This document shows positions 53,076-64,000 of a DNA stretch of 64,000 bases, one piece after another; position 1 is the first letter of the stretch; each line of letters starts with the position of its first letter. The notes under the pieces were generated by a model that searched no databases, was not told the origin of the DNA, and saw only the letters and a program-made list of their open reading frames with translations. The stretch is from the NCBI RefSeq assembly GCF_018350175.1, contig NC_058368.1:22818001-22882000 (forward strand). The letters are read 5' to 3'. The stretch comes from Felis catus. Taxonomy: Eukaryota. Made by a program: the position numbers and the translations under genes.

Positions 53076-53954
53076 CTTGTTCCACATAGTCAAAAAACTA
53101 AAGCCAGCAAGAAAGGGAAAGAAGGAAAAAAAAAAAAAACCCAATCATCCTAGAGCTACATCTGTATTAGTGCATGGCACATGATCGGTCTCCATCATCT
53201 GTTAAATGAATGAAACTTAAAGTTCTATTAAAAGATGGACATGAGTTCTAGTCAGGGTTTTCCTACAAACTAGTATAATTTTAATCATTTAGCCTATGTT
53301 GACCTCTTTATCTTAACTAAGGGTTTTGGACTAGAGAATATAAGGTCCATGCCACACCTCATGTCCTGTTTCTCATTCGTGTCAGTTACGATTTCATCCA
53401 CTCTTTACTTTTAATAACCATTGTCGCCACTGTTACCGTGTTATATTAGGACTATATCGCAATATTCCCCAAAATATAATCCTGACGTACTCAATTTTGG
53501 AGCTTCTTTTCTGTCTCCCAATTAAGATTCCTCCTCATTGGTCTACTGCATGTCCTGTGTTCATAACTCTCATCTTGTAGGCACAAGATACACTACTTGC
53601 CCCACCCCCCACCAGTCAATAAAATTCACTCTGGCCCTGATAAAATCCTTTTCATCCTACAAGGCCCAGTTCAACTGCTAAACAAAATCTTTGATAATGC
53701 TTATTGTCTCCATCGCTTATTTGGTATTTTTGTTAACTGCCTTTCTTAGTTATCTCTTTACATGGTCTGATCTTCCTGATACCTCAAACTCCTTGAGGAA
53801 AGGGATTATGTTCTGTACTTCTTTGTATTCTCTATAGCATCTAATGTAGGTTGAAATAGAGGGGGTAGAGATTGGAAGGAGAGGGCTTAGCGTTAAGAAC
53901 AAATTAAATATTATTTGCCCGTGCCAAAGATAAATTTTTTCCTTTCATATTTCT

Positions 53955-54197
53955 ATTTTTATTTTTTTATTTTTTTAAAAAAAAATTTTTTTCCAACATT
54001 TATTTATTTTTGGGACAGAGAGAGGCAGAGCATGAACGGGAGAGGGGCAGAGAGAGAGGGAGACACAGAATCGGAAACAGGCTCCAGGCTCTGAGCCATC
54101 AGCCCAGAGCCTGACGCGGGGCTCGAACTCAACGGACCGCGAGATCGTCACCTGGCTGAAGTCGGACGCTTAACCGACTGCGCCACCCAGGCGCCCC
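53955..54197 (-). mobile_element. Young feline SINE, followed by a short L1 3' tail (~54198-54272)
   Basis: CpG-rich, ends gcgccacccaggcgcccc; then ttttaattccagtatagttaacatacagtgtt. Confidence 0.93.
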
Positions 54198-55337
54198 TAT
54201 TTTTATTTTTTTAATTCCAGTATAGTTAACATACAGTGTTAAACCAGTGTCAGGTGTACAATGTAGTGATTTGAAGATTCATTTTTAATAATGAATATAT
54301 TTACTTATATAGTACCTACGCTGGGTATTTATTAATGTAGTTCTAATAAATGTCCTATACCTACGCACAAACATGTAAAGAAAGTAAAGACTGCCTCTTG
54401 TATCATCAAACCTATGTTTGGTTCACTTAATCCAACAAAAGCTCAAGGTAAAGAGGCAAATTATCCTTTGTCAATACTATAATACAAAAATTCAACTCTT
54501 GCAGCTATCACCATAAACTTGATTTATCAATCTTAAACTGTTACTGTTGAATCTCCACCTTGAGTGAGGCTATAGAGTTGTTAAAAGAAACCACTCTGTT
54601 CTTGACATTCTTTATGTATCTATAGATTTCTCTTTTGGAACAACTATCTAGGCCTGTTGTATCCTGGAGTTTTTCCCCATTTTTTTTTTCTCTCTGCATT
54701 CCTGTTTAATTTTTAGCTCCCATAATTCACCTTTCTTGGATTTCTTTTTTACTTTGCTGAAGTATATTCTCTAGTAATTTTATTTCAAAAAGGATAGTCA
54801 AGGCGTAAATTTTCTGAGTCATTACATGTCTAAAAATTGTTTGATTTTACCCTCCTGTTTGACATGTAGGTCAAATACAGAATTCTAGGTCATCAGACAT
54901 CCAGTACTCCTGCTAAGAACTTTGATGCTGATCTGGATCTCATTCCACTGTAAATAACTGACTTTTTTCTTGCTGGAGGCTTTTATAATTTTCTCATTAC
55001 CTTTGGAATTCTGAATTATTCACCAAGATATATCCACACTCATTTATCCTGCTTGGATCTATGAATATTGTCCATTGAAAGCCTTCAGGCTTTTATTAGC
55101 TTTGGAAATTTTTCTTCTATTTTAATCTGGTCTTTCTTTTGGGAATGGATTTTGAACTGAGGTTACCCAAAAAATACCAAAATAAGGGCAACATAACCTT
55201 GCAACACAATAATTTGATGCATTTTTAAGCAGAAATACCTTTCCTATTCTTTTTTTTCCCCTTCAAATCTGTTATAGAAATCTAGATTTACCTAATCTTC
55301 TGCTCTGTTTCTTTTGTAGGCACCATCAGGTAGCTGT

Positions 55338-55340
<3 letters not shown>

Positions 55341-55375
<35 letters not shown>
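55341..55375. repeat. (GT)n microsatellite
   Basis: Read directly. Confidence 0.95.
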
Positions 55376-55378
<3 letters not shown>

Positions 55379-55593
55379 ACAGAAGTTAGTGTGGAGCCAG
55401 ACATGTACTTGTACAGACTGTGTACTGCACAAAAGCACAGGGTTTCAGCATAAAGTTTCATATCAAACCAGGGGTATCTGTATCCAGACGGGCATCTTTT
55501 TCCAATTCATTGGCACAGAGGAAGGTGCATTTTCCTGATTTTTATAGGCTCGCATGGCCTGAGGTAGGGGGGCCAGTCCAAATGTTCACGGAC

Positions 55594-55773
55594 CAGTGTT
55601 CTCAAAATGTAGCAGCCAGACCAGCAACATCAGCATTGCCTGGAAACATGTTTGAAATATAAATTCTTGAACCTAACCCTAGAAACTTTGGTGGTGTGCC
55701 TAGCAATCTGTACCCTGTGTTTTAAAAAGCCCTCCAGATGATTCTGATGCATGCTCAACTTTGAGGGCCACTG
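55594..55773 (+). mobile_element. MER5A-like hAT-Charlie MITE
   Basis: TIRs cagtgttctcaaa / tttgagggccactg; ccagcaacatcagcat and aagccctccagatgattctgatgca interior. Confidence 0.88.
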
Positions 55774-56989
55774 GCAGACAGTACTTTAAAAAACTCTCCT
55801 GGATTACTGCCTTACTCTCTGTATCTGCTACTTTGAGCTTGGAGGCTCAAACTCCCACTTCTACCAGACCCTCTTCTGTATGTATTCAGAGCTGTAGTTT
55901 TCTCTACTTTGTTGTATCCGTCAGTACACTCCTCATTTACTTTTTATCCTCAAAACTGAATCAACCCAACTTCTCTCCATAGATTTTCTACTTTATAGTC
56001 TCAATACTACAGGATTTCAACCCAATGTTTGTTTTTTGTTTCTTTTCTGTAACTTCTGGAGGGGTTTTGGGGGAGAAAGGGGTAAAGGTGTATGGTCAGT
56101 TTGCTATTTTGAACCAGAAATATTCTCATTTTTAAAACTACTGCACAATGTAAGTTACACAAGAAAAAGTTATACAACTTACTGTTTTACTACTGCTAAA
56201 AAATAACATGCAAAGGGCTTTTTCATCAAAATGTAGCAAATCCTTGTATCATGAACAATATAACTTTCAATTTATTTTCTTTAAAAAATAATATTTTAAA
56301 CCAATTATTAATTGTTATATCATATTTTAATAGGTCATAAAAACCTATGAATCACTTTATTATAATTATTTTAAAATAAAGAACTTTTATTTAATTACAG
56401 GAGTACAAAATATTCACATTGGACTAAAATTTAGGCTTCCCAGGGAAAGGATTTTATGTATACTACTTGTCAAAAGAAGTTTATTTAAATAAAAATGAAT
56501 ATTGAAACAGAGTGCTAAAAATTATACCTTTTGGAATGTATGTTACATATGTGATTTTTGCTGATGGCCAACATAACTGGTTTCAAAACTGTTGGGCAAA
56601 AAATGCTACATTTTGTGTTGTGATCTCATAAGACTTCTTTAGACTGACACACACATAATTTTGATATAATCTTAGCTACTTAAGAGAAGGAAAAATATGG
56701 GCATGTATTCAAAAATAGGGACAATGATAAATGGTCTGTAAGAGATTGTAGAAAAAGTTGTTCCTACAGAAATAATTACGAAGGTCAGATATATCATTTT
56801 TGCATTATCATGGCAATCTCCATCCACCCAGGCCATTTATTCTTCATTTGAAACTGGACTGTGGGAAAGTTTATTTTCAGAAGACTTTAAATTTGTGAGT
56901 TAGATCCTAAAAGTACATGGTACTGAAAGTGTGCAGTATGCCTGTTACAAAGATAATTAAAAAAATGTAAACTTTTGCACTATTATTAT

Positions 56990-57041
56990 TGGAGAGAGCA
57001 TGCATATGCAAGCTGGGGAGAGGGGGAGAGGAAAGGGGGGG

Positions 57042-57092
<51 letters not shown>

Positions 57093-57224
57093 TGAATGAA
57101 TGAATCCCAAGCAGGCCACACATTCAGCACCGAGCCCGAAGCGGGGCTCAATCCCACGACTCTGGGATCACAAACTAAGCTGAAATCAAGAGTCAGATGC
57201 TCAACTGACGGAGCAACCAAGGTG
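56990..57224 (-). mobile_element. CanSINE with (GA)n(ATGA)n
   Basis: aatcccaagcagg..gcggggctcaatcccacgac..aaatcaagagtcagatgctcaactga. Confidence 0.88.
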
Positions 57225-59027
57225 TTCTGAAGGAGTGTATATTTTTAAGAAAAAGTTGGTATTTTCAAGATCTCAGTATTGGATTAGGGAATCCAATGTT
57301 AATTTTTGTTTAGAACTCATGTATTAGTAAAAGATGAGTCATTTTACTTTTCCACCTTTCTCATTTTTACTGTTTAAAAGAAAAAAACCAAAATGACAGA
57401 ACTTAAGTTATAGAAACTAGTGTTACTTAGTATGTAAATGAAAACTTTTAGATAATTATCTTAAAACATAGAAAGGGCAAGGTAATGATCAGATATTAAC
57501 AAAAATAACAAGTTTTTATTAATTTATTAGTAAGGATATAAATTACCAGATATTAAACTCCAAAAAGGAAATAAACTTAAATAAACGATAGCAAGACAGA
57601 TTTATGTTAGACTTTGAAAAATTCTTAGAGTATTATCAAATCTTAAAGAGAAATTATCTTTTATACTTTAACAGAGGCAAGAAACACTGAAACTCAGCAA
57701 AAAGAAAAAAATTTTTTTTTGAAAGAGAAACAAATCCAGCTGTTTCCTACTCTACATTCCCTTATGTTCTAAATCCACACTTATAAAAAGACACCATAGA
57801 TACTTATGATATTTGGCTATTGCTGACAATAAGTAAATTAGTAAAACCACAGACACAAGGGCTACTGACATGCATTTTGGGTTTTTTTTTGTTTTTTTTT
57901 TTTTCTGACATGCATTTTGAAACAGACTAGATTGTGACAGTTCAGAGTTCTGAAAACATGCCATAAATATTTGGAAAAGATAAATGTCAAAAAGTTGGTT
58001 CTATTTTATTATGAAAAGTAACTGAGCTTAGATGATTTAGGAGTAAACGTCCTAGAGTGTTTCCAAAATTTTACTAAGCTTACTATTAATAGCCTCTTAT
58101 TTTTCTGGAGGAATTTAGAAACTGTATTAATTGAAATACATATCTCATAAGGTATTTCTAGTTTTTGTTGTTTTCATATCCAGATTCCAGAACCCTTCCT
58201 CAGTATTATAGTCAGGATATGACTCTGAACAAACGCTCTGAACAACAGTACAATTGCTTCCATGTCCACAGGTTAATAAGTACAGAGGATCTTTCTGAGC
58301 TATTCTTCTACAATTGCTATCTCCCTTCTTGTTTGTACTTGCATAATGAACTAACACTGCCCTCGGGTAATTACTGACATGATTCACAACTAAAGCAATA
58401 TGACAAATTCCAACTGCAGTATAATAGTGAACACTGCCCACATTTAACAATGCTGGAGTTCAGTTACACCTTTTTCCCTCTGAACTTTTTCCACTTTGAA
58501 AAGGCAATGGGGGAAGGCAGCGCCTCAGGAGAAAAGCTCTACATACATTTCGTAAGTGAGGATAAACAGATCTAATACTGTTTAACTGTATTCTCAGTTC
58601 TCTGTTCTTAAAAAAATCACTGTATAGAAGAAAGGGAATGAAGGAAACTAACAACTGTGCTGTTTCTAAAATATACCACTCTCATAAATGTTCATTTATT
58701 CTGCACATTAACTCTGAAAGATAAATATTATTATCCCTGTTTTATAGACAAGGAAACCTGAGATGCAGCGACATAACTTGTTCAGAATCACACCAAAGTG
58801 AGTTACATAGTATCTCTGAACCTTCGCTTTCCTTATCTGTAAACTAGGGATAGTTTCATTTACCTTCTGTGAAAATTAATTGAGAGCTGGTAACTCCAAA
58901 GCCCAGGTTCCTCCCACTACAGCAGAGTGACACAGAAAGAAAGATACAAACACAAATAAAACATGAATAAAGAAACTAATCACAACACTGAATATATCCA
59001 ACAATAAACTAATACACACCATAAGAC

Positions 59028-59345
59028 AGCACAGAGGTTAAGAGCACAGTCTCCGGAACCAGAGAGCCCAAGTAAAATTCTGTCTCTGCCATCAACTTAG
59101 TTTTGTGGACCTGCAATATAATGAATTCCAACTGCGGTATAACAGCAAACACTGCCCACATTTAACAGTGCTGGAGTTCAGTGACACCTTATAAGGAAAA
59201 GGTTCTCAATTTTTCTGTGCCTTAGTTTCTTCACCTGTGAAATAGTGATAATGATAGCATCTATTTCACAGAGTTTACAAAGTAAATGAGTTAACACATT
59301 TCAGCACTTTTAATAGTGCCAGTAAGAGCACACATGCAAGTAGTA
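59028..59345 (+). mobile_element. MIR interrupted by a 78-bp copy of nearby unique DNA
   Basis: ggttaagagcacag..tctctgcca..gtggacct [insert] ..tctgtgccttagtttcttcacctgtgaaat.. Confidence 0.8.
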
Positions 59346-60445
59346 TCTATTATGATTTCTACACTGAAATGTTAAATGCATAAGTAAGGATCATTTTGAT
59401 GCAGGTCTGTATGTGATCAGGAAAAATTCTAAAGAATTAAGCCAGTGATGAGCTTTTTAAAAGCACTGCTTCCTAAAGCAAGTTTCTATGAGTTACACTT
59501 AAGAGACATTTCCGAGTTGTTGATTTTTTTTTTAACGTCCCCAGATTTCTTTAGTCCCTTGTGCCAATTCATGAACAAGTAAAATGTACAATATTGACAA
59601 TAGGGGAGAAGAAAGAGAGACATGAATGGGCAAGTCTCTTCCAAAGTGAACTCTAGCCATTACTCATGTGTGTCAGAGTGTTCTAAAGATTAAAGAAGGA
59701 GGCAAATGCAGAGAGAAAAGAATAAACTACATGGTCAAACATGGGATGCAAGACTAGAAGGCACTTAAGTGAAGGTTTAGGCAAGGAAAGATTTTATGTT
59801 TAAAACCATAAATAGATCTGGATCAAGAACAAGAACTCAAGCTCACATCAGCATTTAGTACAGGAGAATACTTGCATTGATTGGTAACAGTCATCTAAGT
59901 TACACTGGATTTTCCATTTACTGTTTTTTAACATATAAGGAACAATATAAAAAACCATTTCATGCTTCACTGATTCTTAACTATGAAGAAATAGAATTAT
60001 TTTACTAAATTGAATTTATATTCATAGATATTTTTAAGCAATCATCTATTCACATTTCAGTGGATAATTATTCAGATGCACTAAGTATCCTTATCTTTGT
60101 GCTTTTTCTGGAAATCTACATTTTTTATTTCTCTCTAGAGAACTAATAGAAAACAAGGCTGCTATCAAAAATTTTATTTTTAAGATACTGCATTTCTTTA
60201 CTTTCCCTTTTCAGGCTCTACATTTGTTCATTCTTATAGAAGACAATAGGCATACCTGGAATCTTTTATTAAAAACTGAGAGAAAACTCAGTTCTAATAT
60301 TTCGGTCTATTAAAAACAGATTTAGCTTTCCATTTTACCTCATTTTTATCCCTCTCTTCAATCTCCTTGAACGTTGATCCAAATCCCTAATGTTATCAAC
60401 CCTAAATTATTATGGATTCTAGTAACATGTTATATTAAAACCACA

Positions 60446-60666
60446 GGGCACCTGGGTGGCTCAGTCTGTTAAGCATCTGACTCTTCATTTCAGCTCAGAT
60501 TATGATCTCACAGTCATGAGATCCAGCCCCGCATCAGCTCCAGGCTGGGCATGGAGACTGCTTAAGATTCTCTCTCTCTCCCTCTCCCTCTACCCCTCCC
60601 CAACTCACATGCGCTCAAACGCGCATGTACAATCTCTGTCTCAAAAGCAAAAAAAAAAAAAAAAAA
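60446..60666 (+). mobile_element. CanSINE
   Basis: gggcacctgggtggctcagtctgttaag head, A tail. Confidence 0.9.
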
Positions 60667-61825
60667 GACCAGGGACCATTCCCCATGTCATTATATATTT
60701 CACAGGGACAAGTACAATTCCTTTAAAATATCTGATGTACAGAATACCCAGGTATGGCCCAAACAGAATTGGGAAAACACGAGCTGAAGGAGTATAGGGA
60801 AATGAGATCACTACGTAACCTTTTTATGAAAGAAAACTTCCTTCAATATTTAATAAATTATGAAGCAATCTAAAGGAATATGAATATACACTCAGTATTA
60901 GCAAATAATTCTTAACATTTAAATGGTTTTATAGAAACAAAATATCTGAGCTAGAAGGAGGGAAATATTTTGGTCTATCTCAATTTACAAAGCACAACAC
61001 TGAAACTAAAACATTAACTTGCACATGGAAGAGTTAGAACATAAAGCCAGGTCATCTGATTCCACGTCCCACTTCAGGCAGGCTATCTCTCACTGGATAA
61101 GTGTGGTTTGCTCCACAGATGAAAGAGTTATCTGGCTATGGTAACTGTTTGAGGAATAGTAGGAGTAAGGCTAGGAAAGGCCAGATTACCACAACCAGGG
61201 AAAAGAGGTTAAATTTTTCTGAATGGCAATAGGGAGCTATTATTGGTTCCTACACTGGGGTGTGGCATGAATAAGTATTTAGGGATATTAACTTGGCACC
61301 AAAGTTTAAATGGAGGTTAGTGGCAGAGCTGGGAGACCAAACAGGTGCATATAATAAATTAAATGTAAGAAATAAAAGATCTAAGGAAATTTAAATGAAA
61401 ATAAGATTTAAAAATAGTAAGATGAATCTAAGAGACATGTACAATTTCTTTAAATTTGCAAGATTCTGTATCTAACTACAGAGAAAAAGGAAGGAAGGAA
61501 TACTCAGTCTTTAAGCCTGGATGACTTGAAAAGTAATGTAAAAATACAGATTGGTAAGAAGAGTTGTATTTAGAACAAAATGAAATAATTTCAGTTTTGA
61601 ATAATGAAGTCAAGTCTCTTAAATCTTAAAAGACTACTAGTTATGGGAGTTAAAGGCAAGAAATTAGGAACACACTGGGTCAGAGTGAGAAAGGTTAAAG
61701 CCTTAGCTATATGTTCAGAAAGAATCAGATTTTCAAAAATTAAAATGTTTTCTCTTAACCAGCAAAGAAAAAGTAAATATATGGTTATTTTAAGTAACTC
61801 ATGAAGTGCTTTTAAAAACCCAACA

Positions 61826-63866
61826 TATGGAAGTTCTAGTGTCAGCAATCAGACAACAAAAGGAAATCAAAGGCATCAGAACTGGCAAAGATGAAGTCAA
61901 GCTTTCACTTTTTGCAGATGACATGATACTATACATGGAAAACCCGATATACTCCACCAAAAGTCTGCTAGAACTGATACATGAATTTAGCAAAGTTGCA
62001 GGATACAAAATTAATGTATAGAAATCGGTTGCATTCTTATACACTAACAATGAAGCAACAGAAAGACAAATAAAAAAACTGATCCCATTCACAACTGTAC
62101 CAAGAATCATAAAATACCTAGGAATAAACCTAACCAAAGATGTAAAAGATCTGTATGCTGAAAACTACAGAAAGCTTATGAAAGAAATTGAAGAAGATAA
62201 AAAGAAATGGAAAAATATTCCATGCTCATGGATTAGAAGAATAAATATTGTTAAAATGTCAATCCTACCCAAAGCTATCTACATGACATTCAATGCAATC
62301 CCAATAAAAATTGCACCAGCATCCTTCCCGAAGCTAGAACAAGCAATCCTAAAATTTCTATGGAACCACAAAAAACCCCAAACAGCCAAAGTAATATTGA
62401 AGAAGAAGACCAAAGTGGGAGGCATCACAATATCAGACTTTAGCCTGTACTACAAAGCTGTAATCATCAAGACAGCATGGTATTGGCACAAAAACAGACA
62501 CACAGACCAATGGAATAGAATAGAAACCTCAGAACTAGACCCACAAAAGTATGGCCAACCAATCTTTGACAAAGCAGGAAAGAATATCCAACGGAAAAAA
62601 GACAGTCTCTTTAACAAATGGTGGTGGGAGAACTGGACAACAGCATGCAGAAGGATGAAACTAGACCACTTTCTTACACCATTCACAACAATAAGCTCAA
62701 CATGGATGAAGGACCTGAATGTGAGACAGGAAACCATCAAAACCCTAGAGGAGAAAGCAGGATAAAACCTCTCTGACCTCAGCCGCATCAATTTCTTACT
62801 TGACACATCTCCAAAGGCAAGAGAATTAAAAGCAAAAATGAACTATTGGGACCTCATCAAAGATAAACAGCTTCTGCACTGCAAAGGAAACAACCAACAA
62901 AACTAAAAGGCAATCGACGGAATGGGAAAAGATATTTGCAAATGACATCGGACAAAGGGCTAGTATCCAAAATCTATAAAGAACTCACCAAACTCCACAC
63001 CCAAAAAACAAATAATCCAGTGAAGAAATGGGCAGAAGACATAAATAGACACTTCTCTAAAGAAGACATCTGGATGGCCAACAGGCACATGAAAAGATGC
63101 TCAACGTCACTCATCATCAGGGAAATACAAATCAAAACCACACTGAGATATCACCTCATGCCGGTCAGAGAGGCTAAAATGAACAAATCAGGAGACTATA
63201 GATGCTGGAGAGGATGTGGAGAAATGGGAACCCTCTTGCACTGTTGGTGGGAATGCAAACTGGTGCAGCTGCTCTGGAAAACAGTGTGGAGGTTCCTCAA
63301 AAAATTAAAAATAGATCTACCCTATGACTCAGCAATAACACTGCTAGGAATTTATCCAAGGGATACAGGAGTGCTGATGCATAGGGGCACTTGCACCCCA
63401 ATGTTTACAGCAGCACTTTCAACAATAGCCAAATTATGGAAACAGCCTAAATGTCTATCAACTGATTAATGGATAAAGAAATTGTGGTTTATATATACAA
63501 TGGAATACTACTTGGCAATGAGAAAGAATGAAATCTGGCCTTTTGTAGCAATGTGGATGGAACTGGAGAGTGTTATGCTAAGTGAAATAAGTCAGGCAGA
63601 GAAAGACAGATACCATATGTTTTCACTCACATGTGGATCCTGAGAAACTCAACAGAAGACTGGGGGGAGGAGAAGGAGGGGAAAAATTACAGAGAGGGAA
63701 GGAGGCAAACCATAAGAGACTCTTAAATACTGAAAATAAACTGAGGGTTGATGGGGGGTGGGGAGGAGGGGAAAGTGGGTGATGGGCATTGAGGAGGGCA
63801 CCTGTTGGGATGATCACTGGGTGTTGTAGTGAAACCGTTTTGACAATAAATTTCATATTAATAAAA
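61826..63866 (+). mobile_element. Relatively young 5'-truncated feline L1 (RT core to 3' UTR), frameshifted
   Basis: [14 protein letters not shown] (RT active site), [36 protein letters not shown]; three broken ORFs; G-rich 3' UTR and AATAAA at ~63845. Confidence 0.97.
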
Positions 63867-64000
63867 TACACAAGATTTCAAAGATTTAGAATGGAAAAAT
63901 AAAAAAAAAACCCCATAGAGTATTTTCCATTATAGTAGCATGGCTGTTATATAAATATAATACATGGCATCTTAGTATTTCATTATCCTTACCCTTATTT

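Noticed and set aside
55292..55335. Textbook plus-strand acceptor (ctaat..tttcttttgtag) followed by a 10-nt micro-exon and gtagct
   Set aside because: Downstream of the LPAR6 poly(A) signals, weak donor, adjacent to old repeat-like sequence; likely chance
60607..60628. 8-bp hairpin acatgcgc-tcaaac-gcgcatgt with NRF1-like GCGCATG
   Set aside because: Inside the variable tail region of a SINE; too short to support a function
61806..63469. Reverse-transcriptase-like ORFs (FADD motif)
   Set aside because: Ordinary 5'-truncated, frameshifted LINE-1 ORF2; not a novel RT system or a domesticated gene

Overview
Mammalian intron-rich genomic DNA, almost certainly a felid: it is dense in tRNA-derived CanSINE/SINEC_Fc-type SINEs and carnivore L1. 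The window holds part of the RB1 tumour suppressor on the minus strand: six coding exons equivalent to human exons 18-23 (18053-18171, 14579-14721, 11128-11273, 6192-6296, 5353-5466, 5089-5252), all GT-AG and in frame. Everything above 18171 is the large intron 17. Nested in it on the plus strand is the single-exon GPCR coding region of LPAR6/P2RY5 (46971-48005, 344 aa, intact). The rest is SINEs, L1, MIR/L2, a MaLR LTR, DNA transposon fossils and microsatellites. No wholly new gene system is evident. The best observations are: (1) the RB1 CDK site equivalent to human Ser811 reads Asn; (2) six CGA arginine codons in exons 18-23; (3) three local templated insertions, one a multi-template mosaic that copies exon 20 branch-point sequence next to a new AG; (4) inverted young SINEs bracketing a 408-nt stop-free exon 18-20 unit; (5) a ~550-bp polypurine expansion near exon 20; (6) a uORF-rich LPAR6 leader and candidate antisense exons. 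Human comparisons and repeat family names are recalled from memory, not aligned; repeat boundaries are approximate.
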